Assembly (NCBI GenBank): GCA_048938025.1
Contig: JBHLMP010000010.1
Coordinates: 1 to 64,000, forward strand
Reading direction: 5' to 3'
Length of the DNA: 64,000 nucleotides
Source: Promethearchaeota archaeon
Lineage (GTDB): Archaea > Asgardarchaeota > Lokiarchaeia > Sigyniarchaeales > SOKP01
In this document: positions 49,329-59,754 of the stretch, piece by piece
Layout: each line of letters begins with the position of its first letter
Position numbering within the stretch: position 1 is the first letter of the stretch
Translations under genes and position numbers: made by a program
Notes under the pieces: generated by a model
The model's input: only the letters and a program-made list of their open reading frames with translations
The model's database searches: none
Told to the model about the DNA's origin: nothing

Positions 49329-49955
49329 ATGACTAAAATTTTAGCTATTGGAGATTCTCATATTCCTCGTAGAGCTAGAAATATTCCAGATAAAATTTAT
49401 AACATTTTACATCAACTGATTGAAAAAGAAAGATTTGATTACACTTTCTTTACTGGAGATATTATAAAAGCTGATGATTTTATAAATTTTTTAAATCTCA
49501 ATACAAAAAAAGATTTATTCATTGTCATCGGAAACATGGACTATTATGGTGGAAATAGAGATGCACCGATGTATCAAAAATTAAACTTTTTATTTTCAGA
49601 TAACAATAAAATAACTATAGGTTTAACTCATGGTCATCAAATCTCTCCAAGAGGTGATCATAAGCAATTAGAATTTCTTGCTATTGAAAAAAATTACAAT
49701 ATTCTAATATCAGGGCACACTCACAAGGAGGAAATTTTTCTTACAAAGAAAGGTATTTTATTATTAAATCCTGGGAGTGTTACTGGTGCTTGGTCATTTA
49801 TAGCGAGCAGTAATCCCTCTTTTATAACTCTAAATTTAAATGAAAGAACACGAGAAATTGATGTCAATGTATTTCAATTGGATATTAAATCTTCCAAACT
49901 AAACAATTTACATTCACATTTTATTTTTGAAAATAATCGGATTAAGTATAAATAA
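49329..49955 (+). CDS. Vps29/YfcE-family metallophosphoesterase
   Basis: GDSHIP.R, TGD, GNMD, IGL.HGHQ..P.GD, ILISGHTH, NPGS.TGA; ATG just after the tyrS stop. Confidence 0.88.
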   Translation: MTKILAIGDSHIPRRARNIPDKIYNILHQLIEKERFDYTFFTGDIIKADDFINFLNLNTKKDLFIVIGNMDYYGGNRDAPMYQKLNFLFSDNNKITIGLTHGHQISPRGDHKQLEFLAIEKNYNILISGHTHKEEIFLTKKGILLLNPGSVTGAWSFIASSNPSFITLNLNERTREIDVNVFQLDIKSSKLNNLHSHFIFENNRIKYK

Positions 49956-50012
49956 TTAGGAAAACATCATATTGATTTTAAAAAAAAAATAAAAAGAAGT
50001 TATTTTAAAATC

Positions 50013-50420
50013 CTAATCCAAAACAAGTAATTTGGATAGCTTTAATAAAATTCCAAGATTACGTTTTCTATTTGAACCTTTAGAAAATCTTAATTTTTTG
50101 TATCCAAATCTATTTTTTTTAAACATCATATGAAATGTTGAATTTTCTCCATTAGAAAAAAACATTAAATCTTCTGGAGCTGACATGAGCTCTAAGTCAT
50201 ATTCGTCTAATCTACCTCTATTCAAGCTAAAATGTCCATCATTTGCAATTAAATTTACCCAAAAATAAAAATCTTCTTCAATTTGTAATCCTAAGTTTAT
50301 TTTTGCCTTAAAATTATTAAGGAGTTTTACATTCTTAGGATTATTTCGTTTATCTTTTATAATACTCTCAATTACTTGTTGAAATGTTATAAATAAATTT
50401 TCTTTTTCAGATTCTTCCAT
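50013..50420 (-). CDS. Hypothetical protein, possibly SCP2-like fold
   Basis: 135-aa ORF with AGGAGG RBS; beta-rich pattern with G....DL.L...PEDL..F..G. Confidence 0.55.
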   Translation of the reverse strand: MEESEKENLFITFQQVIESIIKDKRNNPKNVKLLNNFKAKINLGLQIEEDFYFWVNLIANDGHFSLNRGRLDEYDLELMSAPEDLMFFSNGENSTFHMMFKKNRFGYKKLRFSKGSNRKRNLGILLKLSKLLVLD

Positions 50421-50587
50421 ATAAAATCCTCCTAATTAAATGGTTTTTTAAATAATTATATAAACTAAATATAAGTGTTAAATAATTAATTAAGTTTAAT
50501 AAAATTCTATTTATTAAAATTAAAATTATATATTTTAAAATAGGTATAAAATAAAAAAAATAAAAAAATTAAAGGTGAAAATTGTAA

Positions 50588-51787
50588 ATGTGGCACTTTT
50601 ATTGTCCTAATATAATATATGGTGAAAATGCATTAGATTTCATAGAAAAAGTGAAGGGAGAAAAATGCTTCATTGTTGTAGATAAGGTTATTGAAGAATT
50701 GGGTTATCTAAAAATATTAACAGATAAACTTGACGAAATCGGGAAGAAATATGAAATATTCAAAGATGTTGTTCCAGATCCACATGAAGAAGATGTAATG
50801 AAAGGTAAAGAAAAATGTATTGAATATGATCCTGATTTGATAATTGCTATTGGTGGGGGGTCTGTAATGGATTCTGCAAAGGCAATTTGGGCTATGTATG
50901 AATATCCAGATTATACATTCGATAATATCCAAGTTTTTAACGATCAATTGTATGATTTTGCAAATAAAGCAAAAATGATCGCTATTCCTACTACTTCAGG
51001 AACAGGAGCTGAAGCAACTTGGGCAATAGTTATATCTAGATTTCAAGATGGAGTTTGGAGAAAAGCAGGAACTAACCATCCTTCATTAATTCCAACCTAT
51101 GCCATAGTTGATCCCATCTTTGCGAAGGAAATGCCTCAAAAATTAACTGTGAATACAGCATTCGATGCATTGGCTCAAGCAATCGAAGGATATTCATCTA
51201 GTTGGAGAAATGAATTTAGCAATGCTTTAGGATTAAAGACTATAGAGCTGATTTTTAAATATTTACCTGTTGTTTTCAAGGATGGAAATAATATGGAATC
51301 AAGAGATTTTTTACATCAAGCAGCATCCATGTCAGGAATAGCTTATGGTAATAGTCAAGTTCATTTAGCTCATACTATGGGGCATAGTTTGGGTTCTGTA
51401 TTTCATACTCATCATGGACAAGCGGTTGGACTCTTCCTCCCATATATTATTCAATTTTGTTTGAATGCATCTGGAGAAACTAATGATGCTATTAAATTCT
51501 GTTCAGATATAGCAAAAAAGTTAGGATGGGCTAAATGGGAAGATGATGAAAAGAAAGCTGCTTTTATCGTTATTGATAAGATAAAAGAACTTCAAAAAGA
51601 AGTAGATTTTATATCTAATCTAAAAGATTTAGGAATTGATAAAGAAGATTTTGATAAAAATCTAGACAAGTTAATCAGATTATGTTTTCAAGACGTGTGT
51701 GGTGTAATGGCCCCCAGAACCCCTAATAAGGAAGAATACATAAAACTTTTTACTTATGCTTATGAAGGAAAAGATATTGACTTCTAA
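50588..51787 (+). CDS. Iron-containing alcohol dehydrogenase
   Basis: GGGSVMD.AK, IPTTSGTGAE.T, DAL..AIE, H.MGH, HG. Confidence 0.92.
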   Translation: MWHFYCPNIIYGENALDFIEKVKGEKCFIVVDKVIEELGYLKILTDKLDEIGKKYEIFKDVVPDPHEEDVMKGKEKCIEYDPDLIIAIGGGSVMDSAKAIWAMYEYPDYTFDNIQVFNDQLYDFANKAKMIAIPTTSGTGAEATWAIVISRFQDGVWRKAGTNHPSLIPTYAIVDPIFAKEMPQKLTVNTAFDALAQAIEGYSSSWRNEFSNALGLKTIELIFKYLPVVFKDGNNMESRDFLHQAASMSGIAYGNSQVHLAHTMGHSLGSVFHTHHGQAVGLFLPYIIQFCLNASGETNDAIKFCSDIAKKLGWAKWEDDEKKAAFIVIDKIKELQKEVDFISNLKDLGIDKEDFDKNLDKLIRLCFQDVCGVMAPRTPNKEEYIKLFTYAYEGKDIDF

Positions 51788-51959
51788 AATCAACTTTTTT
51801 CAAAAATTTTTTTTCATACTTCTATCTTTTTAATTTGTTTTTTGTATAATTTCAATATTTATCTAAAGTGTTAAACATAAATATAACGAGTTTATATTAT
51901 TTTTTTAAAGCTTTCTTTGTATAGTTTCCTTAAAATTTTTTACTCAATGGAATATAATT

Positions 51960-53696
51960 ATGACAATTTCAGATAAAGAAAAAGAAGTATTAGAATCGTT
52001 AGAAAAACTAATAGATAAACCAATTCCAGAAATATCAGAATTAGAACGTTATTCCTTTGGATATTATGTAGAAAAGGAACATATAAAAGGTTTAAGTCTT
52101 TTTTCTTGTGGGCTATCTATAATTCCGAAAGAAATTGAGTTGCTTGCATCGCTTAAAGAAATTCATTTAAGGGGAAATAATTTAGTTAATCTACCCGAAG
52201 AATTATGTTCTCTTACTTCTCTCGAGATATTAGATTTAAGTGAAAATCGATTAACAGAACTGCCATCATCAATCATTTCACTTTCTTCACTTAAAGAATT
52301 ACATTTAGAATCTAACCATTTAGTTAATCTACCTGAAAATATTGGTGAACTACACAATCTTAAACTCTTGGATCTTAGCGAGAATAAGTTAATTTATATA
52401 CCTGATTCTCTAGGATCATTATCAAATTTAATAACTTTAGATTTAAGTGGTAATGAAATAGATAAACTTCCAGAATCAATAGGTTCTCTTGCTTCTTTAG
52501 AAATCCTTTATCTAGGCTACAATGAATTAAGTACGCTTCCAGAGTCATTTAGCTCGCTTAATTCACTAAAGCGATTAAATTTAAGAAATAATAGATTGAA
52601 TAAGCTTCCCGAGACTATAGGCAATTTATCTTCCTTATCATCTCTTTTTTTAAGAGGAAATTGTTTAGAAAGTTTACCGAAGTCCATAGGGTTATTAAAC
52701 AAACTAATATATTTAGGAATAGCATCAAATAAATTAATATCACTTCCTGATCCTGAATTTGGTTTACTTTCTTCATTAGAAAATTTGAATTTGTCATCTA
52801 ACAATTTAATTTTACTTCCAAATTCAATAGGGAATCTTAAAAATTTACTTAGACTTGAAATTTCAGATAATAAGCTAAAATCTCTCCCAGAATCAATTGG
52901 AGGGTTGTCTTTACTCAAGATATTAAGATGCGATAGAAATAATTTAACGGAACTCCCAGAATCAATTGGAAATTTAACTTCATTAGAATCTTTAAAAATT
53001 GATATCAATAATTTAAATGAACTTCCTTCATCAATTGGGCAATTAAAGTATTTAAAAGAACTGGATTTGTATGATAATAAATTGGAGAGATTGCCAGAAT
53101 ATATAGGTTCTTTATCATCACTTGAGATTCTTGATCTGAGCAAGAATGAGCTAAAAAGTCTTCCCCCATCAATTAGCTCCCTAAGTAGTCTATTAGAGTT
53201 GGATTTATCAACCAATAAATTAGAAAATCTTACTTCTTCAATAGGATCATTATCACAACTAAAAAATCTAATTTTAGGATTCAATCGGTTAAAAGAAATT
53301 CCTAAATCTATTGGATTCCTCACCTCCTTAGAGGTTCTAGATTTAGGGAAGAATCATCTAATATCAATTCCAGAATCAATTGGATCATTGACTTCACTTA
53401 AACATTTATATTTATATTATAATGAGTTAGAGACTATGCCAGATTCCATTGGGTCATTACAGTCTTTAAAATACCTCTATCTAGGTAATAACAATTTAAC
53501 TGCTCTTCCAGAATCCATAGGGTTCTTGAAAAATTTGAAATATTTATTTGTGAGAGCGAATAATTTAACTACATTACCAAATTCATTGGATTCCTTAATA
53601 TCACTTAAACATTTAAACATAGAAAAAAATAGCTTAAAAGGATATTTAGATTTGTTAGATAAATTAGAATTACGTGGTATTAAGATTTTTAAATGA
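51960..53696 (+). CDS. Leucine-rich repeat protein (~22-23 tandem 23-aa LRRs)
   Basis: Repeated LxxLxLxxNxLxxLPxSIGxLxx with short N- and C-caps; no signal peptide or TM. Confidence 0.95.
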   Translation: MTISDKEKEVLESLEKLIDKPIPEISELERYSFGYYVEKEHIKGLSLFSCGLSIIPKEIELLASLKEIHLRGNNLVNLPEELCSLTSLEILDLSENRLTELPSSIISLSSLKELHLESNHLVNLPENIGELHNLKLLDLSENKLIYIPDSLGSLSNLITLDLSGNEIDKLPESIGSLASLEILYLGYNELSTLPESFSSLNSLKRLNLRNNRLNKLPETIGNLSSLSSLFLRGNCLESLPKSIGLLNKLIYLGIASNKLISLPDPEFGLLSSLENLNLSSNNLILLPNSIGNLKNLLRLEISDNKLKSLPESIGGLSLLKILRCDRNNLTELPESIGNLTSLESLKIDINNLNELPSSIGQLKYLKELDLYDNKLERLPEYIGSLSSLEILDLSKNELKSLPPSISSLSSLLELDLSTNKLENLTSSIGSLSQLKNLILGFNRLKEIPKSIGFLTSLEVLDLGKNHLISIPESIGSLTSLKHLYLYYNELETMPDSIGSLQSLKYLYLGNNNLTALPESIGFLKNLKYLFVRANNLTTLPNSLDSLISLKHLNIEKNSLKGYLDLLDKLELRGIKIFK

Positions 53697-53854
53697 TCTA
53701 AATCGTAAAAACAAGAACTAATTTTCTAAAAAATTGTTTATAATCTTAAAAGGTAAAATAGCTATCTTATCGATTTCTACTCTTTTAACCATTTTATTTA
53801 TTTAGAACTCTAAAAATCATATAATTTAAATATTAACTGAATTTAGTTAAAAGT

Positions 53855-55876
53855 ATGGATATTTCAAAAGCCATGAAAATTAAATTGCCTAAGGAGCTCC
53901 CATCATATCCCAAATTCGTCGAAGGAATAAGACGTGCACCCTCAAGAGCTTATGCACTTAATCAAACCCAAACAAAACTAGCTTTAAAGAATGCTCTTAG
54001 ATATGTCCATCCATCCTTACACGAAAAGATTGCTCCAGAATTTCTGGAAGAATTAATTACACGAGGAAGAATATATGGTTACAGATTCAGACCAGAAGGA
54101 AATATAAAAGCAAAACCTATAGATGAATATAGGGGTAAAATCCTTGAAGGGAAAGCTTTACAAGTTATGATCGATAATAATCTCGATTTTGATGTGGCTC
54201 TCTACCCTTATGAGTTAGTTACTTATGGGGAAAGTGGGCAAGTTTTCCAAAATTGGATGCAATATCGTCTTATAAAAATGTATCTTGAGCAAATTACTGA
54301 TAAACAGACTTTAGTTATTTCATCTGGACATCCAGTTGGACTCTTTCCAACTTCACCATTGGCTCCCAGGGTAATTTCCACTAATGGATTAATGGTTGGT
54401 TTATTTGACAATCCAAATGATTTTGCTATAGCAGCTGCTCTGGGTGTAGCAAATTATGGCCAAATGACGGCAGGAGGATGGATGTATATTGGTCCACAAG
54501 GAATAGTCCATGGTACATATATTACATTATTGAACGCTGGAAGATTATATCTTAATATTCCTCAAGATAAAGATTTAAAAGGTATTTTATATGTAACATC
54601 TGGTCTTGGGGGTATGAGCGGTGCCCAAGCTAAAGCAATAGAAATTGCTGGGGGGATAGGTGTCATTGCTGAAGTTGATGAATCCCGGATTAAAACAAGG
54701 TATGAGCAAGGATGGGTTTCAAAGATTTCTGATAATTTAGATGAAATTTTTGCTTGGGTTGAGGATGCTAGAAAATCTGGTAAAGCACTGTCTATTGCAT
54801 ATAATGGGAATATTGTAAATTTATGGAAATATATAGTAGACAATAATATTCAAGTAGAGCTTGCTTCAGATCAAACATCTTGCCATGCTGTCTATGAGGG
54901 AGGTTATACACCATATCAAATCAGCTTTAAAGAAGGAAGGACCCTGATTAAATCAAATATTGATAGATTTAAGCAATTAGTTAATGATTCTTTACGGGAA
55001 CAGTTTAAACTAATAAAAACTATGACAGAAAGAGGTACTCGTTTTTGGGATTATGGTAATTCTTTTATGAAAGCTGTGTTTGATGCTGGTGTAAAAGAAA
55101 TTGCTAAAAATGTAGATGATACTTCTGAAGGATTCATTTTTCCATCTTATGTCGAAGATATTATGGGTCCTATATGCTTCGATTTTGGATATGGTCCTTT
55201 TCGATGGGTATGCCTTTCAGGAAAAGAGGAAGATTTAGATAAAACTGATCAAACTGCAATGAGTAGTATAAATCCTGAATTGCGAGCTCAAGATAGAGAT
55301 AATTACTCTTGGATTCGAGATGCTAAAAGAAATCAACTTGTTGTTGGAACAAAAGCAAGAATATTATATGCTGATGCTAAAGAGCGAATTAGTATTGCTC
55401 TAAAATTTAATAATTTAGTAAAGAAAGGAGAAATTGGACCAATAATGCTAGGTAGAGATCATCATGATGTTTCAGGAACTGACTCACCTTTTAGAGAAAC
55501 TTCCAATATTAAAGATGGCAGTAATATAATGGCAGAAATGGCAGTTCATTGTTTTGCAGGTAATGCAATTAGAGGTATGACATATGTTGTACTCTCGAAT
55601 GGTGGAGGTGTTGGAATTGGGAAATGTTTCAATGGTGGTTTTGGTCTAGTGTTAGATGGTTCTGAAAGAGTAGACAATATCATTAAAAATGCTATAGAAT
55701 GGGATGTAATAGGGGGAATAGCTCGCCGAAGTTGGGCTAGGAATTCAAATGCTTTTGAAACAGCTTATAATTGGAATATTGAAAATGAAGAAAAAGGGCA
55801 TATAACATTGCCATTTATAGCAGAAGATAAGTTATTGGATAATATTATAGATAATTATTTGAAAAAGAGTAAATAA
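53855..55876 (+). CDS. hutU: Urocanate hydratase (long form)
   Basis: IDNNLD..VA..P.ELVTYG, YGQMTAG.WMYIGPQGIV.GT, GLGGMSGAQ, DQTSCH, GRDHHD.SG. Confidence 0.95.
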   Translation: MDISKAMKIKLPKELPSYPKFVEGIRRAPSRAYALNQTQTKLALKNALRYVHPSLHEKIAPEFLEELITRGRIYGYRFRPEGNIKAKPIDEYRGKILEGKALQVMIDNNLDFDVALYPYELVTYGESGQVFQNWMQYRLIKMYLEQITDKQTLVISSGHPVGLFPTSPLAPRVISTNGLMVGLFDNPNDFAIAAALGVANYGQMTAGGWMYIGPQGIVHGTYITLLNAGRLYLNIPQDKDLKGILYVTSGLGGMSGAQAKAIEIAGGIGVIAEVDESRIKTRYEQGWVSKISDNLDEIFAWVEDARKSGKALSIAYNGNIVNLWKYIVDNNIQVELASDQTSCHAVYEGGYTPYQISFKEGRTLIKSNIDRFKQLVNDSLREQFKLIKTMTERGTRFWDYGNSFMKAVFDAGVKEIAKNVDDTSEGFIFPSYVEDIMGPICFDFGYGPFRWVCLSGKEEDLDKTDQTAMSSINPELRAQDRDNYSWIRDAKRNQLVVGTKARILYADAKERISIALKFNNLVKKGEIGPIMLGRDHHDVSGTDSPFRETSNIKDGSNIMAEMAVHCFAGNAIRGMTYVVLSNGGGVGIGKCFNGGFGLVLDGSERVDNIIKNAIEWDVIGGIARRSWARNSNAFETAYNWNIENEEKGHITLPFIAEDKLLDNIIDNYLKKSK

Positions 55877-55902
55877 TACAAAATCTTGAGGATTGATTCA
55901 AT

Positions 55903-57429
55903 ATGAGTAATAATTTTAGATATGGTTTAGATAAATTAACAGTTGATATAGCCTTAGCTTTAGCTAAAGATAAAATAAAAGGTATAGTTGTAGATGATAT
56001 AAAAACTAAAGTTATAAAAAACTTTAATGCTGTACAATCTATTTCAAGAGGAGATAAGTTAGTTTATAGTGTAAATACTGGAATTGGTTCATTGTGTACT
56101 ACTAAAATTTCAGCCGAAGAAACCGAAAAATTGCAAGTGAATCTTCTCAAAAGTCATAGTGTAGGCGTAGGTTCACCAATTGATCAAGAAATAGCCAAAT
56201 TAATGCTTATTCTTAAAGTTCATGCTTTATGTAAAGGATATTCTGGAGTATCAATAGACGTAATTGAAAGAATTTGTTGGCATATTGAAAATAATTATAT
56301 ACCCCTTGTACCTGAACAAGGCTCAGTAGGAGCCTCAGGAGATCTTGCACCCTTAGCACATTCATTTTTACCATTAATTGGTTTAGGATATGTTTCCAAA
56401 GATGGTGAGAAGTATACTCCTATGAATGAAATTTTAATACAAAATAATATGAAACCTCTTAAACTAAATGCAAAAGAAGGTATAGCTTTAATCAATGGTA
56501 CTCAATTCATAACGGCTCATGCAATCAAGGCTTCTAAAAAATTTCTTAATTGTTTAGAACATGCCGATATTATTGGCGCTCTAACTTTGGAAGCTTATTT
56601 AGGTTCACCTCAACCATTTGATGAAAGATTAATTAATTTAAGACCTCATCAAGGAGCTTTAATTGTGGCTGATAGATTCAGAAAATTTTTAAAAAATTCT
56701 GAAATGGTAGAATCCCATAAAGATTGTAAACGTGTTCAAGACCCGTATTCAATTCGGTGCATACCTCAAGTCCATGGTGCTTCTAGAGATGCATTATCTC
56801 ATCTTAATGAAAAATTGTTATGTGAATTAAATTCTGTTACCGATAATCCTATAATTTTTAATGAAAATGATACTGTTAGTGGAGGAAATTTTCATGGTCA
56901 ACCACTGGCTTTACCTTTAGATTATATAAGCTTAGCTGCTTCTGAGCTAGGAAATATTTCTGATCGCAGGATATATCTCCTATTAGAAGGAAACTGGGGT
57001 TTACCAGCATATCTTATTGAAAATTCTGGATTAAATTCAGGTTTTATGCTTACTCAATATTGTTCAGCGGCTCTTGTAAGTGAAAATAAATCATTATGTT
57101 TCCCTGCTAGTGCTGATAGTATACCTACATCTATGGGTCAAGAAGATCACGTAAGTATGGGCCCTATTAGTGCAAGAAAAGCCCTTCAAATAATTGAAAA
57201 TCTTGAAAAAATCCTTTCTATTGAATTGTTATGTGCTGCTCAAGCTTTTGATTTTAGAAGACCTTTAAAATCGAGTCGAGTATTAGAGGCTTGTCATAAA
57301 TTTATACGTTTAAAAATACACCATTTAACTGAAGATATGGTTTTATCTGAATTTATTGAATCAGCCCATGAAATAATTAAAAGTAAGGAATTATTAGAAA
57401 TCATCCAAAACCAGATAGAGGGGAATTGA
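55903..57429 (+). CDS. hutH: Histidine ammonia-lyase
   Basis: GSVGASGDLAPL (ASG MIO motif), KEG.ALINGT, VQDPYS.RC.PQVHG, GGNFHG, QEDHVSMG. Confidence 0.96.
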   Translation: MSNNFRYGLDKLTVDIALALAKDKIKGIVVDDIKTKVIKNFNAVQSISRGDKLVYSVNTGIGSLCTTKISAEETEKLQVNLLKSHSVGVGSPIDQEIAKLMLILKVHALCKGYSGVSIDVIERICWHIENNYIPLVPEQGSVGASGDLAPLAHSFLPLIGLGYVSKDGEKYTPMNEILIQNNMKPLKLNAKEGIALINGTQFITAHAIKASKKFLNCLEHADIIGALTLEAYLGSPQPFDERLINLRPHQGALIVADRFRKFLKNSEMVESHKDCKRVQDPYSIRCIPQVHGASRDALSHLNEKLLCELNSVTDNPIIFNENDTVSGGNFHGQPLALPLDYISLAASELGNISDRRIYLLLEGNWGLPAYLIENSGLNSGFMLTQYCSAALVSENKSLCFPASADSIPTSMGQEDHVSMGPISARKALQIIENLEKILSIELLCAAQAFDFRRPLKSSRVLEACHKFIRLKIHHLTEDMVLSEFIESAHEIIKSKELLEIIQNQIEGN

Positions 57430-57430
57430 T

Positions 57431-58738
57431 TTGTTTGTATCATCAACTTATAAAAAAAAATTAATTAAACAAGAAGATAATCCCGATCTGGTGATATTTA
57501 ATGCTAATGAATTAGTTACTATGAATACTAAATTTGGTGCTCCAAGAATAGGCAAAGGTATGTCTAAGTTATCAATCATTGATAATGGGGCAATAGGAAT
57601 AAAAGATGATAGAATTATATATGTGGGAACTACTGACGAATTAATGTCGAAGTTTTCTTTCAATGAAATAAAAACTAAGATTGATGCTACAAATAAGATG
57701 GTTATACCCGGTTTTGTAGATCCTCATACCCATATAATTTTTGATGGCTCAAGAGAAAATGAATTCCAAATGAAGCTTGAAGGAAAATCTTATCTTGAAA
57801 TACTCCAAGCTGGAGGCGGCATATTAAAAACAGTTCGCGAAACTAGAAAAGCTTCTTTAGAAAAACTAGTAGAAAATGGTAAAAAAATTTTAGATAGGAT
57901 GATGAGGTATGGTACAACGACAGTTGAAGCTAAATCTGGTTATGGTCTGAGTACTGAAAGTGAATTAAAAATATTAAAAGCACTCCACATATTAAATAAG
58001 GAACATCCCTTAGATATTGTATCAACATTTTTAGGTGCTCATGCAATCCCTTTAGAATATAAAGATAACCCTGACGATTATGTAGAGTTAATTATTTCAG
58101 ATATGATACCTAAAATTGTTAAACAGGGTCTTGCTGAATTTTGTGATGTATTTTGTGAAAAAGGAATCTTTTCACTTGAACAATCAAGAAAAATTTTAAA
58201 AACGGCATTGAGATATGGCTTAAAACCTCAAATTCATATTGATGAAATTGTTGATACTAATGGTGCTTTACTTGCTGCAGAATTAAAAGCGATCCAAACA
58301 GGTCATTTATTAAAATCAAATGATAATGGATTAAAAGCAATGGCAGAAGCGGGAGTTATTGCTACACTTTTACCAGGAACTCCTTTTTGCTTAATGCTAA
58401 AAGAATATGCCCCTGCAAGGAAAATGATAGAATTTGAGATTCCTATCGCACTTGCTACTGATCTAAATCCAAATTGCTGGACGGAATCAATGCAAATGAT
58501 CATTACCTTAGCGTGTTATAACATGAAGCTATCACCAGCAGAGGCACTGACTGCTGCTACAATCAATAGTGCATGTGCGATTGATAGGCAAGATCAAATA
58601 GGAAGTCTTGAAGTTGGAAAAAAAGCAGATATAGTAATTTTTGATATACCAAATTATAATTTTTTACCCTATCAATTCGGGGTAAATTTAGTATCTAAAG
58701 TCATTAAAAATGGTAAAATTTTAATTAATAATGATTAA
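57431..58738 (+). CDS. hutI: Imidazolonepropionase
   Basis: PGFVDPHTH, GGGI..TV..TR, EAKSGYGL, FLGAH, DVFCE, ATD.NP. Confidence 0.95.
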   Translation: MFVSSTYKKKLIKQEDNPDLVIFNANELVTMNTKFGAPRIGKGMSKLSIIDNGAIGIKDDRIIYVGTTDELMSKFSFNEIKTKIDATNKMVIPGFVDPHTHIIFDGSRENEFQMKLEGKSYLEILQAGGGILKTVRETRKASLEKLVENGKKILDRMMRYGTTTVEAKSGYGLSTESELKILKALHILNKEHPLDIVSTFLGAHAIPLEYKDNPDDYVELIISDMIPKIVKQGLAEFCDVFCEKGIFSLEQSRKILKTALRYGLKPQIHIDEIVDTNGALLAAELKAIQTGHLLKSNDNGLKAMAEAGVIATLLPGTPFCLMLKEYAPARKMIEFEIPIALATDLNPNCWTESMQMIITLACYNMKLSPAEALTAATINSACAIDRQDQIGSLEVGKKADIVIFDIPNYNFLPYQFGVNLVSKVIKNGKILINND

Positions 58739-58745
58739 CCAAATT

Positions 58746-59663
58746 TTAGAAATCAAAATAATACTCTAATAGATTCTTCTCTTCTAATTTTTCTGGTTTT
58801 TCCAATTGTAAGTAATATTCTAAAGAATTTAGCACAGCATCTAACGGTAATACGCCAATTAATTCAGATCCAATAACAGGAACACCATAACGGATAGCTT
58901 CGATCCTTACAAGTTCCATTTGTCTATAAAGTGGTGTTTTTCTATAATTGATATTACTAATTCCGACTTGTACATAATCTCGTTCTGCTAATTCAGTACC
59001 CATTGCTTTAATATTAACTAGTCCTCCTGAGCGTAGGTGAATTGCTTTTGCTATTTTTTTAGCAATTTTAATATCATTAGTCCCAAGGTTAATATTAAAG
59101 CTAATTAATGGAAATCTAGCACCTGTTATTGTTGCTCCAGCTGTTGGATGTAATTCAGATGGCCCAAAATCAGGCTTACGATTTGGATCTGTTTTAATTG
59201 CCTCTTTTAATCCTTCATATTCACCAACTCGAATATTATCGATGTTTTTTCTTTCCATTTTACGAGCTGATTCTTCATAAAGATATACTGGAATACCTTC
59301 TTTTGCAATAGCTTGACCAAATTTTATTGACAGCTCAATACACTCTTCAATAGACACATTTTGAGCAGGTACAAATGGCACTACATCTATGGCTCCAATT
59401 CGAGGATGCTGCCCTTTATGTGCATTCATATCAATTAGCGTAATAGCTTTTTTAGCAGCAGCAATATTCGCTTCTAAAACAGCTTCAGGTGTTCCAACAA
59501 AGGTAATTACAGCTCTATTGTAATCAGAATCATATTGAATATCGACAATTCGAGTGTTCTGTGTATTTTTAATCTCAGAAACAATTTGTTCAATTTTTTC
59601 TCCCGCCGTTCCTTCACTAAAATTAGGAACAGACTCTACAATTTTCTTTTTTCTACTTTCCAT
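58746..59663 (-). CDS. ftcD: Glutamate formimidoyltransferase (FT domain of FTCD)
   Basis: ESVPNFSEG, D.DYNR.V.T, H.G.HPR.GA.DV.PF.P, PVYLYE, PDFGP...HPTAGA...GAR. Confidence 0.93.
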   Translation of the reverse strand: MESRKKKIVESVPNFSEGTAGEKIEQIVSEIKNTQNTRIVDIQYDSDYNRAVITFVGTPEAVLEANIAAAKKAITLIDMNAHKGQHPRIGAIDVVPFVPAQNVSIEECIELSIKFGQAIAKEGIPVYLYEESARKMERKNIDNIRVGEYEGLKEAIKTDPNRKPDFGPSELHPTAGATITGARFPLISFNINLGTNDIKIAKKIAKAIHLRSGGLVNIKAMGTELAERDYVQVGISNINYRKTPLYRQMELVRIEAIRYGVPVIGSELIGVLPLDAVLNSLEYYLQLEKPEKLEEKNLLEYYFDF

Positions 59664-59754
59664 ATAAATAACCATATTAACAATGTTCTAAATTGAATAA
59701 TAAATATGTAAAGATAATAATAAACTTATGAATATGTTAACTTAAATTTTATAA

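Noticed and set aside
52517-53323. 268-aa antisense ORF with periodic PIDSG pattern inside the LRR gene
   Set aside because: The periodicity is simply the reverse complement of the LPESIG repeats.
51960-53696. Recurring ccagaatcaattgg-like DNA words at multiples of 69 nt, considered as a CRISPR array or DGR
   Set aside because: They are coding LRR repeats in an open frame; no identical repeats with spacers, no cas or reverse transcriptase genes.
4966-58503. Numerous short (60-130 aa) ORFs overlapping confident genes
   Set aside because: All lie antisense or out of frame within well-supported CDSs and lack recognisable motifs.
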